Assembly (NCBI GenBank): GCA_029858285.1
Contig: JAOUFN010000005.1
Span: 75,294-139,293, forward strand
DNA: 64,000 bases
Source: Nitrospirota bacterium
Lineage (GTDB): Bacteria > Nitrospirota > JACRHL01
Reading direction: 5' to 3'
Both the position numbers and the translations under genes were made by a program. Below are positions 11,363 to 23,985 of this stretch, one piece after another (positions within the stretch are counted from its first letter, which is position 1; every line of letters starts with the position of its first letter). The notes beneath the pieces are model-generated. The model was given only the letters and a program-made list of their open reading frames with translations, was not told the DNA's origin and did no database searches.

Positions 11363-12517
11363 CTATCCGCGCCGGGGTTTCAGTGCCGACTGGCATTCGA
11401 GGATACATTCTCGCAGCCGTTTTGCCCCCTCGTCTACCTCTGCGAGGGTATTTTCCGGTCCCATGGAGAACACCACGCCGGAACCGGCCCGGTCTGCGGG
11501 GTATCCCATGGCGGTCAGCACCGGTGAAGCCTTGAGTGCCATGGCGCCGCAAAACGAGCCGGAGGAGGCCGCCACGCCACGGGCATCCAGCAGGGCCAAC
11601 AGGCTTTGACCGTCGGCCCCGGGCACCAAAAAACTTACATGTCCAGGCAGCCGCCAGGGACCCGCTGCCGGGCCGGTCAGGTGTATGCCGGGGAGGGCCG
11701 CAAGATGCAAGCGCAGGCGTTCCGCCAAGGTCTCCAGATGTGCCATACGCGGAGCCAGTTCGGCATGGGTAAGGTGGGCGGCGTTCCCCAATGCGACGAT
11801 GGCGGGCAGGTTTTCACGCCCGCTGCGGCGACCGTTTTCCTGGACTCCGCCGTCTATTTCAGGCTGGATGCGCAGGCCGGGACGCACGTACAGCGCGGCT
11901 GCCCCCGGAGGTGACCAAAGGCTGTCCGCCGACAGCACCAGCAGGTCACACCCAAGGGACTCCACTGCCAGCGGCAGTCGCCCGGCGGCAGCCACTGCGT
12001 CCACCAGCAGAGGAATGCGCCGGGACGATGTGTGGCGGGAGATTTCCGCCACCGGCTGCACGCACCCTACCTCCGGGTTGGCCAGTTGCACACAGACCAG
12101 GGCGGTGTCGGGGGTGAGGGCAGCGGCTACCGTCATGGGGTCCACCCGGCCATCCTCAGCCACGTCCAGCCAGGTCAGGGTCCAGCCCTCGTCCTGCATG
12201 CGGCGGCAGGCCCGGTCCACGGCGGGGTGCTCCACTCGTGTCAGCAGCACATGCCGCCCCTTCCTGCGGTTGGCCTTCAGCACCCCTTTCACGGCCAGAT
12301 TGAGAAGTTCCGTTCCGGTGGCCCCAAACAACACGCTGGCTGGGGGGGCGCTGATCAGGTCAGTGACCTCGGCACGCGCCTCTTCCAAGGCGGTGTGTGC
12401 CCGCCGCCCCCAAGCATGATCCGTCTGCGGGTTGGCGGCGCGACCGAGCCACACCTGCATCTCCCGGAGGGGACCGGCAAGGGGAATGGAGGCGTTGATG
12501 TGATCGAAGAACAACAC
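11363..12517 (-). CDS. IscS/NifS-like class V aminotransferase-fold protein lacking the PLP lysine
   Basis: EHPAV, GGVQENGRRSG, SSGSFC. The SxHK motif reads SADS. GTG start inferred. Confidence 0.85.
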   Translation of the reverse strand: MLFFDHINASIPLAGPLREMQVWLGRAANPQTDHAWGRRAHTALEEARAEVTDLISAPPASVLFGATGTELLNLAVKGVLKANRRKGRHVLLTRVEHPAVDRACRRMQDEGWTLTWLDVAEDGRVDPMTVAAALTPDTALVCVQLANPEVGCVQPVAEISRHTSSRRIPLLVDAVAAAGRLPLAVESLGCDLLVLSADSLWSPPGAAALYVRPGLRIQPEIDGGVQENGRRSGRENLPAIVALGNAAHLTHAELAPRMAHLETLAERLRLHLAALPGIHLTGPAAGPWRLPGHVSFLVPGADGQSLLALLDARGVAASSGSFCGAMALKASPVLTAMGYPADRAGSGVVFSMGPENTLAEVDEGAKRLRECILECQSALKPRRG

Positions 12518-12692
12518 GAAAAAGCCGAGACGAGGGGCTGAATTTTTGCCTGCGATTGACCGAAATGACACTATACCCCAGGGGGAGCCTGGGGCGCATT
12601 GACCGCTGCCGGGCCCATCCTGTACCAAGGGCCGGCCCAATCCGGACGGAATCCGCACACCCAGGGACGGCGTGTGCGATGCTGGCGAATAG

Positions 12693-14492
12693 GTGTTCAT
12701 GCCCACCCAACCCCCGACTGAACAGCCGGAAGGGACCGTTCAGGCTCCTGGAGAACAGCCCGGGGAACAGCAGGATGCCGCTGTCCTGCGTGCGGCGCGG
12801 GATCTGCTGACCCATGTGTCGCGATCCCTCAAGACCATGCGCCTCTATTCCAGCACCAACACCATGTACCAGCGCGCCTTGGAAGACGCTGCCCGGCGAC
12901 TTTCCAATCATGTGGGTGAACATGGTTCCCTGGTGCTGCGTATTGAACGTGAGCGCATGCTGCTTGGCGGTGAGGTGGCATTTCAGGATGACGATCCCAA
13001 GGACGGACTGGTGTTTCACCTCTATTCTGACGGGTTGCGCGGCCTGACTGTTCATTCCGGCATGGACGAGGAAGAGGCCCGCGCCGCCCTGCGAATTCTC
13101 GCCAAGGGAGCCAGTCTGGGCTCCGGTGAGGACGACGATGTGGTCACCCTGTTGTGGAACGGCGAGTTTACCCACCTGTTGATGGACGTGGTGGAGGATG
13201 ACGCCGCCAGCGAAGAACTGGCCCCCACCATGGAGGTCAAAAAGCCTGAAGAACGGCACGAACGCCTGCAGCAGGTGGTACAGGCCCAGCAAGCGGCACC
13301 GGAGCCGCCGAAGACGGTGGCCTATGGGGCCGACGTGCTCAAGGTGTTCAATCTCACCGACCGGGATCAGGCGTATCTGGACGACCTGGTGCGGCGGGAA
13401 CAGGAGCTGGATCCGGCCCAGGATCTGGTGTCGATTCTCTCCGACGTGCTGGTGATTGAGGCCGACGCCGATGAATTTTCCGATACTGTGGCGCTGTTCG
13501 GTCGGCTGGTGATTGATTTTCTGACTCAGGGAAACCTGGCGCTGGCAGCGGCGCTGGGTCGTGGTCTGGTGGCGTGTGCGGCGGCGCGCAAGGATTTGGC
13601 GCCACCCATGAAAGAACGGTTGATGCAGGAATTGTTGGGGTTTGGTACTGGCCGCCCCATGGCCGCACTGGAGGCAGGTATCCGCCTGTTGTTCGGTGGT
13701 GGCGGGGTGGATGCCAGCGCCACCACCCATGCACAGCGTGAAACCGCAATGACTGCCCTTGGCAGCTACCTGACGTTGCTGCGGCGTACCGATATCCGCC
13801 AGTTTCTGGAAATGATCAGCCGGGTGCCCGATGGCCATGTGCGCGATCTGATGTGTGACCATGCGGCACGTCTGGCGCCGGAATCTCATGAAGTGCTCAC
13901 CGGCATGTTGCTGGATCTGGACGCTGCCCTGGTACAGTGCGTGGCCGAGGTGCTGGGGCGGGTGGGCAACGGTACCGACCTGCCCCACTACAATATTCTC
14001 AGCAAGCACGGCGACGTCAACGTACGGCGCACCGCCCTGGAGGCAATCATTAGCATCGCGGGCGGGGCGCATCCACAAATTGTTGCCTATCTGGTGGATC
14101 CGGACCCGCGCCTGCGCCGTCGGGCTCTGGCGGTGGCCGAAGCCGGCCGTCTGCCGGAGGCGCTGGAACTGCTGCGCCAGATCGCTGTGGATCCTGGTTT
14201 CACTGCCTGGGAACTGGTGGAACGGCGCGCCGTTTTTGCCGCAATCGGAATTATTGGGGGTGACCAGGTGGTGCCCATGCTGGGTGAATACATGCACCGC
14301 GTGAAGCGTGGGTTGTTTGGCGGAGCCAAGGGCGAGGACGACGCCTTGCTGGCGGTGGTTGGTTTGCGGGCCGCAGCCACGGATGCCGCCCTGAAGTTGC
14401 TTGAAGAGGGCAGCAAGAGTCGCAGTGACAAGGTGAGTGCGGCCTGCCAGACGGCGCTCAAGGAACTGGCCACCAGGGGAGGCCGAACATGA
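12693..14492 (+). CDS. HEAT/ARM-repeat protein
   Basis: Helical repeats such as DVNVRRTAL, DPRLRRRAL, DKVSAAC. ATGA overlap with the next gene. Confidence 0.75.
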   Translation: MFMPTQPPTEQPEGTVQAPGEQPGEQQDAAVLRAARDLLTHVSRSLKTMRLYSSTNTMYQRALEDAARRLSNHVGEHGSLVLRIERERMLLGGEVAFQDDDPKDGLVFHLYSDGLRGLTVHSGMDEEEARAALRILAKGASLGSGEDDDVVTLLWNGEFTHLLMDVVEDDAASEELAPTMEVKKPEERHERLQQVVQAQQAAPEPPKTVAYGADVLKVFNLTDRDQAYLDDLVRREQELDPAQDLVSILSDVLVIEADADEFSDTVALFGRLVIDFLTQGNLALAAALGRGLVACAAARKDLAPPMKERLMQELLGFGTGRPMAALEAGIRLLFGGGGVDASATTHAQRETAMTALGSYLTLLRRTDIRQFLEMISRVPDGHVRDLMCDHAARLAPESHEVLTGMLLDLDAALVQCVAEVLGRVGNGTDLPHYNILSKHGDVNVRRTALEAIISIAGGAHPQIVAYLVDPDPRLRRRALAVAEAGRLPEALELLRQIAVDPGFTAWELVERRAVFAAIGIIGGDQVVPMLGEYMHRVKRGLFGGAKGEDDALLAVVGLRAAATDAALKLLEEGSKSRSDKVSAACQTALKELATRGGRT

Positions 14493-15901
14493 CCGGACGT
14501 GATCTTTCGGACCGCGAGGCGCAACAGTTTGGCTGGGAGGTGGTGCGGCAACTGTTTGTCCTGCTGCGGATTGCCCGTCTGCATGGCGCCAACAACGAGG
14601 CGTGGGGGCCTGCCCTGACCAAAGTCCAGTGGGCGGTGAATGAGTCGGAGGGCATTAACCTCCGCGCTCTGGACGGGGCCTTCTATGTCAGCGACGTGCG
14701 CCTCAAGGTAGATCGTGAAAATTACGCCGCACAGGAAGGGCTGCTGAAAGCGTACCAAAGCCACGGCGTCGGTGCGGTGGAAATCGATGTCGCGTTCGAT
14801 CCGGCACACCTGAAGGCATTGCTCACCGCGTGGGGTTCTTCCAAGCCGCCCACCCCGGAGCAGGGGCTGGAACTGTTGTCCGGTTCGCTCGGGGAGTATC
14901 AGCTCATTCGCCTGTCCAAGGCGATGCAGCGCACGGCGGCGGTGGAAAAGGACGCCCGCAACGTGTCCAAAGCCATCTATATCCGCACCCTGAATGCTGT
15001 GGAAGATGTGATGGAGAGCGTCAAGATCAACCAGGCGTTCCCCCTCAAACGTGCCAAACGTGTCATGCAGCGTCTGGTGGACAACCTGCTGGGAGACCCG
15101 GTCAACCTGCTGGGGCTTACCAACCTGCGTTGTTACGATGAGTACACCTATCACCATTCGGTCAACGTCTGCGTGCTGTCCCTGTCGGTGGGGCGCCGCC
15201 TGGGGCTTCCCAGACCGATGCTGGCAAACCTGGGAATCGCCAGCCTGTTCCACGACCTGGGCAAAAGCCGGGTACCTGTGGAGGTGCTCAACAAGGCCGG
15301 AGAGTTCGATGAGGCGGAGTGGGACATGATCCGCCGCCATCCCGTATACGGCGTCAAGACTATTGTGCAATTGAAGGGGGCCGATGAACTGGCAAGCCGG
15401 GTGGTGACGGGCAGTTTCGAACACCACATGAATTTTGACCACTCGGGTTACCCCAAATTGCCGCGCCCGCGCACCCTGTCGTTGTACGGACGGGTCATTT
15501 CGATGTGCGACTGCTATGACGCGATGACGTCGGCGCGGGTCTACAACCGCACTCCGGCGACCCCGGAGCGGGCCCTCAAGCTGATGCTGGGAAAGAGCGG
15601 CAAGGCCTTCGATTCGGTGCTGATGAAGGTGTTTGTGAACACCGTGGGCATCTTTCCCGTGGGCACTCTGCTGTTGCTCGACAGCGGTGAGATCGGCGTG
15701 GTGTTTCAGGCCTCGGAAGACCCCACCCAGGGCGATCGGCCTTACGTGCGCATGATCACCGATGTCAAGGGACGGGAACTGTCCCAACCGGTGGACATCT
15801 CCCTGACTGAAACCACCGCCGGCGGCCGTTTTGCGCGCAACATCACCCGTATCCTCGACCCGAAAGAGGTATCGCTGGACGTGGCCGAGTTCTTTCTGTA
15901 G
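14489..15901 (+). CDS. HD-GYP domain phosphodiesterase
   Basis: YTYHHSVNV, HDLGK, HP, EHH...SGYP, DCYDAMTSARVY. Confidence 0.9.
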   Translation: MTGRDLSDREAQQFGWEVVRQLFVLLRIARLHGANNEAWGPALTKVQWAVNESEGINLRALDGAFYVSDVRLKVDRENYAAQEGLLKAYQSHGVGAVEIDVAFDPAHLKALLTAWGSSKPPTPEQGLELLSGSLGEYQLIRLSKAMQRTAAVEKDARNVSKAIYIRTLNAVEDVMESVKINQAFPLKRAKRVMQRLVDNLLGDPVNLLGLTNLRCYDEYTYHHSVNVCVLSLSVGRRLGLPRPMLANLGIASLFHDLGKSRVPVEVLNKAGEFDEAEWDMIRRHPVYGVKTIVQLKGADELASRVVTGSFEHHMNFDHSGYPKLPRPRTLSLYGRVISMCDCYDAMTSARVYNRTPATPERALKLMLGKSGKAFDSVLMKVFVNTVGIFPVGTLLLLDSGEIGVVFQASEDPTQGDRPYVRMITDVKGRELSQPVDISLTETTAGGRFARNITRILDPKEVSLDVAEFFL

Positions 15902-15938
15902 CCGTGTGAGTCTGGCTGATTAATCCGGAACGGCCTGC

Positions 15939-17402
15939 TCAGGCCGGGGCGCAGGGCACCATCACCGAATCGGTCATGCCGTGGATGCGCTTCTTGTCCG
16001 CCGGGCACAGGGTGGCCAGCACCCCGCCCAGCCGCGCCCGGCCGTCTGTGACAAAGTAGTAAGGGCACAGGCGCGCCCGCATGCGGGCGGTGCGCAGTAA
16101 GGCCGTTTCCGGAGTATGCCCGGCCAGAAAGCCGGTGGGGACGGAAAGAGCCTTGTGGAACGGTTGCAGTACGTGGGGAGAGGCGGGGAAGGCAGCCAGT
16201 GCCTGTTCCAATGCCGAGGCCCATTCCGATTCCGGGACATCGTGGCCAATGACCACGCCGCGCGCTCCCCAAGCCCGTTCGGAAAAACCCGATGGCTTGA
16301 TTACGAACTGCCGGGCCTTCTGCCCCAGACGGTTCAGGGTGGACCACGACTGTAGCGGCGTGCCATCCAGCGTCAGGTCGGGAATGACCGCGTGAGCGGG
16401 CAGAGGGGTGGGATCCAGTACCCAGGTGCGGGGAAGCAGGGCAACCAGCGCACGCTGCCGCTCCTCCCCCAGTTCCGTCCGCCATAGCGGCGCCAGCACC
16501 GGGTGGTGGAACAGGGCCATGGCGAGTTTTTCTTCCAGATGTGCCCTGGGGGGAGGGGTCATCGTCACCGTGCCCTTGCGGGCCGCATATAGCAGCAATT
16601 CCGCCTTGGGAATGTTGGGTAGGTCGAACAGCTCGAAAAACCGGTACAGCACGTCGATGCGGAAATTTTCTTCCCGGGAATTTGCTTCGACACCGGCTCC
16701 TGCCTCGGCAGCAAGCCACAGACCGTCTTCGCGGAACTGAATGTCGCGGGGCTCCACCAGTCGGGCGTTTACCCCCAACTGGCGCAGACGTCGGGTCAGG
16801 TGGTGCATCTCCGGTCGGTAGGCGGCGGACTCCTCCGACACGGTCACTGCTACCGTCGGGTCGGCCTTGGTAGCGGCTTCGACAAGCATGTGCGCCATAC
16901 CGTTCCGCATGCCGTCGGCACCTCCCACCACGTCAAAACCAGCGGCGGCGTAGCGTTGTTGCAGGGCATCGGTGAGGCCGATGCCGCCGGGCACGCTGTC
17001 CAGCTCGGTGATTTTCCAGCCATCTTCGGTGGCGAATAGATCAGGGCGCAGGATGCGCGGCAATTCGGTGCGCATACGGTTCATGCGCCCCATTCGCACC
17101 ACCTCCTGCGGCTTGCCCTGATCCAGCCAGCGGCAAATAAATTCCGGTGCCCGGCCTTGGGCCGATTGGCGGTACAGGTTGTTGAGCGCGGTGTAGAACG
17201 CCAGCAAGAGATCGCCTAACTTCTCCAGGAACACAATCTCTGGGCCGCTCAGCGGGTGCGGCACACCAATGCGAAAATGGCGCTCCCCCGCCGGGTCCTG
17301 GTCGTGAACGCCATCCTCAGCAAGCAGGCGGGCCACTTCCATCAGAGTTCGTGGATCGGTCGTTGTGGCGGGGGAGGCGGGCTCCAGGCCGGATGAGGTC
17401 AC
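15939..17402 (-). CDS. ATP-grasp-like amide ligase (glutathionylspermidine synthase / circularly permuted ATP-grasp-like)
   Basis: RPDL...TELDSVPGG, VIKPSG...WGARGV, VLQPF, RLCPYY. GTGA overlap with the DUF971 stop. Confidence 0.65.
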   Translation of the reverse strand: MTSSGLEPASPATTTDPRTLMEVARLLAEDGVHDQDPAGERHFRIGVPHPLSGPEIVFLEKLGDLLLAFYTALNNLYRQSAQGRAPEFICRWLDQGKPQEVVRMGRMNRMRTELPRILRPDLFATEDGWKITELDSVPGGIGLTDALQQRYAAAGFDVVGGADGMRNGMAHMLVEAATKADPTVAVTVSEESAAYRPEMHHLTRRLRQLGVNARLVEPRDIQFREDGLWLAAEAGAGVEANSREENFRIDVLYRFFELFDLPNIPKAELLLYAARKGTVTMTPPPRAHLEEKLAMALFHHPVLAPLWRTELGEERQRALVALLPRTWVLDPTPLPAHAVIPDLTLDGTPLQSWSTLNRLGQKARQFVIKPSGFSERAWGARGVVIGHDVPESEWASALEQALAAFPASPHVLQPFHKALSVPTGFLAGHTPETALLRTARMRARLCPYYFVTDGRARLGGVLATLCPADKKRIHGMTDSVMVPCAPA

Positions 17403-17746
17403 GAAACCGCCGCACTCTCGGCGTGTGCCATGCGGCATTCGGCACAGGGGCATACACGTCGCAACAATGTGAAGGAAAAAATGCCACTGGTGTGGCCGTC
17501 CGACCAACTGGGCTGGATGGCATAGTTGCCCACCACGCTGATCTGGTTGGCGTAGATATCGTCAGGCACCGAGGCCGGGTCCAGAATCGGTTTGCGGCTC
17601 CATTCGTCCACGCAGGAGGCGCATTGGCATTGGCAACGCAGGTAATGGTTGGTGAAATCGGAAATGTGGCCATCGGACCAGGACACCACGATGCGGGTAA
17701 GCCCCTCCCGGCGGATTTCCACGGGTTGGGGGTAGGAACTGGGCAT
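17399..17746 (-). CDS. DUF971 (GBBH N-terminal-like) protein
   Basis: WSDGH, LRCQCQCASC, VGNYAI, WSDGHTSGIF. AAGGAGG SD. Confidence 0.9.
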   Translation of the reverse strand: MPSSYPQPVEIRREGLTRIVVSWSDGHISDFTNHYLRCQCQCASCVDEWSRKPILDPASVPDDIYANQISVVGNYAIQPSWSDGHTSGIFSFTLLRRVCPCAECRMAHAESAAVS

Positions 17747-17864
17747 AAATGCCTCCTTGAGGGATAATAGAGCTTGTTATTTATAACCCATCCCGATGCC
17801 AGCCGCCACGCTGTGTATGCATCTCCGCAAGCTTTCCCGAATCCGGCTCAGTGTGCCCGCCAGT

Positions 17865-17914
17865 TTGACAATTTTGACTGTTCGTGCTACAAATTGTGCC
17901 AATAGTATTACGAA
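17865..17914 (+). promoter_or_regulatory. nikR promoter (TTGACA-N17-TACAAA, extended TG) overlapped by a NikR-type operator
   Basis: Inverted repeat TTCGTGCTAC-N14-GTATTACGAA at 17881-17914. Core GTGCTA-N16-TATTAC has the same spacing as the E. coli GTATGA-N16-TCATAC operator. Confidence 0.75.
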
Positions 17915-17987
17915 TGCCACGCGGTTGTCTCAGGAGCGGGTGGCGGCGTCCGGTGCGGGGAACGCGGAGGGAGACGGGTGCAGGGTC

Positions 17988-18452
17988 ATGAGTGAACTGG
18001 TTCGTTTTGGCGTTTCCATCGACGGGGAACTGCTGGAGCAGTTCGACGTCAAGATTGAGCAGAAGGGTTACACCAACCGCTCCGAGGCGATTCGCGACCT
18101 GATCCGCGACCACCTGGTGGAAGAGGAGTGGGTAAGCAACGAGGAGACGGTGGGAACGGTTACCATCGTGTACGACCACCACACCCGGGAACTGTCGGAA
18201 ACCCTCACCCATCTGCAGCACTCGTTCAATGGTCAGATCATGAGCGTGTTGCACGTGCATCTGGACCACCACAACTGCCTGGAGGTTCTGGTGGTGCGGG
18301 GCAAGAGCGCACTATTGAAGAATTTTGCCGACCGGCTGGTGGGGATTCGCGGGGTCAAGCACGGTAAGTTGACCATGACCACCACCGGCCGACGCCTGAC
18401 CGCCGAAGGGGACCTGCACTCCCACGGGGGAGAAGCCGCCCCCCGGCGATAA
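17988..18452 (+). CDS. nikR: Nickel-responsive regulator NikR
   Basis: RHH domain RFGVSI...NRSEAIRDL. Ni ligands in LQH...[11 protein letters not shown]. Confidence 0.95.
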   Translation: MSELVRFGVSIDGELLEQFDVKIEQKGYTNRSEAIRDLIRDHLVEEEWVSNEETVGTVTIVYDHHTRELSETLTHLQHSFNGQIMSVLHVHLDHHNCLEVLVVRGKSALLKNFADRLVGIRGVKHGKLTMTTTGRRLTAEGDLHSHGGEAAPRR

Positions 18453-18584
18453 CAAAAGGGGGTTCCCCCCGGCGGCGCTGTACGGCCGCGATACAATTCC
18501 CGTTCATGGAAGAACACCCGGTTTCCCGGCTCAATTGTCACCCGGGCATGTCTTTGCGGATTTTTCCCGGAGGGGCTGGCAAGT

Positions 18585-18675
18585 GTGGCGCACCGTGAGG
18601 GGGCTTCTCATCCCTGTCCTCCTTTCGTGGCGTGCCCGGCCGGGCGGTGGTGCCCACCCGCCGCCCGGCTTTTTT
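18585..18675 (+). ncRNA. Candidate small RNA (or nikR 3' UTR) with anti-SD motif and terminator
   Basis: Hairpin containing CATCCCTGTCCTCCTTT, then a 12-bp GC stem (18639-18669) and T6. Confidence 0.3.
18639..18675 (+). terminator. Rho-independent terminator
   Basis: GCCGGGCGGTGG/CCGCCGCCCGGC plus TTTTTT. Confidence 0.7.
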
Positions 18676-18747
18676 AGGTATTCCCGAAAATGAGTTCCCG
18701 AAGGCGGTGGAATGCGACCGGCTGAGTGCCCCTGGCGTCCCTGTCGA

Positions 18748-19389
18748 CTACCCTGTGGCCAGGCGGGACAGCCAGGAACGGGCACCCTCGAAGGCCCGTG
18801 CCCGGTGGCTATGACGGCTCTTTCCTACCGGAGTCATCTGCGCAAAGCTGAGCCCTTCTGCCGGGATCACGAACAGCGGATCGTAGCCGAACCCCTCCGC
18901 CCCCGACGCCTGAGTCGCAATCAGACCGTCACATCGACCCTCGAAGGTCACCGGGGACCCTCCCCCCGGGCACACAATGGCGACTACGCACACAAAATGC
19001 GCCGTGCGCCGCTCCAGCGGCACTCCAGCCAACTCCCGTAGCAGCTTGCGGTTATTGTCCGCGTAAGTGCAGCCGGGGCCCGCATAGCGCGCCGACCAGA
19101 CCCCTGGCGCGCCATTCAGGGCGTCCACGCACAGGCCGGAGTCGTCCGCCAGCGCCAGGTGGCCGGTGGCTTCCGCCAGGGCTACGGCCTTCAGGATGGC
19201 ATTTCCGGAAAAGGAGTCGGCGGTCTCTTCCACCTCGGGCAGGGGGGCAAAATCAGCGCGGTTTTTGATCTCGAATGGCAGGTCCTGCAGCAAGGCCGCC
19301 ATTTCCCGCGCCTTGTCCGGGTTGGCGGTTGCCAGCACCAGTACCGGGGGGGAAGAGGCGAGGCGTTCCGTATCGGGACTGTCGGGCAT
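18748..19389 (-). CDS. rdgB: XTP/dITP diphosphatase (RdgB/HAM1)
   Basis: ATANPDKARE, ADDSGL, GFGYDP, SHRARA. Follows rph. Confidence 0.93.
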   Translation of the reverse strand: MPDSPDTERLASSPPVLVLATANPDKAREMAALLQDLPFEIKNRADFAPLPEVEETADSFSGNAILKAVALAEATGHLALADDSGLCVDALNGAPGVWSARYAGPGCTYADNNRKLLRELAGVPLERRTAHFVCVVAIVCPGGGSPVTFEGRCDGLIATQASGAEGFGYDPLFVIPAEGLSFAQMTPVGKSRHSHRARAFEGARSWLSRLATG

Positions 19390-19423
19390 GTGCGGCGAGA
19401 CGGCCACGACGGGATGCCGCGCG

Positions 19424-20149
19424 TCAGGGCAAAAAGCCGTCCAGCGCCTTGCGCTGGTGGTCCACCAGTTGTGCCACACCGCTGGAGGCCAGGTCCAGCA
19501 TGGAGGTGAGGGCAGTGCGGGGGAACGGCGTGTCCTCGGCGGTGCCTTGAATCTCTACCAATTCACCGATGCCGGTCATTACGAAATTCATGTCCACCTG
19601 GGCTGTGGAGTCCTCGGCGTAGCAAAGATCCAGCATCTCGGTGCCGTTCACGATGCCAGCGCTCACCGCCGCCAGGTAAGTGCGTACCGGGTTGGTGGCG
19701 ATACGGCCGCTTTTTTGCAGCCCCTGAACTGCATCGCACAGGGCGACAAAGGCCCCGGTGATGCTTGCGGTGCGGGTGCCGCCGTCGGCACGGATCACGT
19801 CGCAATCAATCCAGATGGTGCGCTCCCCGAGGCGCTTCAAGTCTGTCACGGCACGTAGGGAACGCCCGATCAGACGCTGGATTTCCTGGGTGCGGCCGGT
19901 CGGCTTGCCCTTGGTGACCTCGCGCTGGGTACGGTCGTGGGTGGCGCGGGGCAGCATGCCGTACTCGGCGGTCACCCACCCCTTGCCCTGGCCACGCAAC
20001 CACGGTGGCACGCGCTCCTCCACGCTGGCGGAACAGATCACATGGGTGTCCCCCACCATGATGAGTACGGAACCTTCCGCGTGGGGCAGGTAGCCACGCT
20101 GGATAATGACGGGACGCAACTGGTCGGGCTGACGCTGATCGGGACGCAT
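19424..20149 (-). CDS. rph: Ribonuclease PH
   Basis: [35 protein letters not shown]. Confidence 0.97.
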   Translation of the reverse strand: MRPDQRQPDQLRPVIIQRGYLPHAEGSVLIMVGDTHVICSASVEERVPPWLRGQGKGWVTAEYGMLPRATHDRTQREVTKGKPTGRTQEIQRLIGRSLRAVTDLKRLGERTIWIDCDVIRADGGTRTASITGAFVALCDAVQGLQKSGRIATNPVRTYLAAVSAGIVNGTEMLDLCYAEDSTAQVDMNFVMTGIGELVEIQGTAEDTPFPRTALTSMLDLASSGVAQLVDHQRKALDGFLP

Positions 20150-20161
20150 GAAACCTGCTTT

Positions 20162-21249
20162 TTAAAGACGATCGGAATAGATGACCACCCGGTTGCCCCC
20201 GGTGGCCTTGGCGGCGTACATGGCCTTGTCGGCGCGCTGTACCAGTTCCCGTGGGTCGGTGCCGTGGTCGGGGTAGGCAGCCACGCCGAAGCTGGCCCCC
20301 AAAGCCATGCCGCCCAGTTGGGGCACATAGGTGGCCTCTACCAAAGCCTGGCTGAGGCGCTCCGCCACTTTGTAGGCGACGTCCAGAGTGGTATCGGGAA
20401 GGATCACCACAAACTCATCGCCGCCGTAGCGGGCAACAATGTCCTCCACACGCAGATTGTCGCTGAGGATGTGCGCCACCTCGGTAAGGGCTCGACTGCC
20501 TGCCAGGTGGCCGTGGGTGTCGTTGATAGCCTTGAAACGATCCAGATCGAGGAACAGGACCGCAAAATGCCCACTTGCATCTCCGGCGCGGCGGATCAGG
20601 TCCTCAAGCGCTTGCTGGATGTAGCGGTGGTTAAATAGCTGGGTCAGGTCGTCGGTGATGACCAGTTCGGCGGTTTTTTTGTGCAACATGGCGCGGTCTA
20701 CGGCCATGCGGCTTTGCTCCATCAATCGTTCCATGCGCTCCATTTGATCGGTGCTCAGACGACCGACCTTGCGGGTCTGGCTAATCATCAGCGCCGCCAA
20801 GGGGCGCCTCCGGTGCAGGATCGGCAGGCACAGCAGATCACCCAGTGGTCCCGGTGGCACCAGGTCCGGCGGGATTTCGCCACCGTGCATGGCGGCAAGC
20901 CGTTCCTCGCTCAGGCGCACCTCGCGCCCGGTGCGCAGCACCTCGCCAGTCAGCCCCTCGTTGATGGAGATGTGGGCCATGTTGCGCGGCGGTTGATAAC
21001 CCCGTGCAAACGCCAGTTGGTAGTTGCGCCGGTCGCTGGTGGTCACGAACAGGGTGGTGTGGGAGGGTGCCAGGTAGGTGTGGGTACTGCGGGCGATGAT
21101 TTCCATGACCTTCTGGTCATCCAGGGTGGCGGTGAGCTGCCGCCCCAGATCCATGAAGAAAGCCAGCTCTTCCTGGGCCCGCTCCAGCCGGGCTCCGAGG
21201 CTCTCGGCGCGGCTGCCGGTGCGCGTCTTTCCGGCGTCGGAGCCGCCGC

Positions 21250-21271
<22 letters not shown>
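20162..21271 (-). CDS. GAF-GGDEF diguanylate cyclase
   Basis: [27 protein letters not shown]-site, RYGGDEF. Start uncertain and overlaps the secA end. Confidence 0.9.
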
Positions 21272-23985
<2,714 letters not shown>

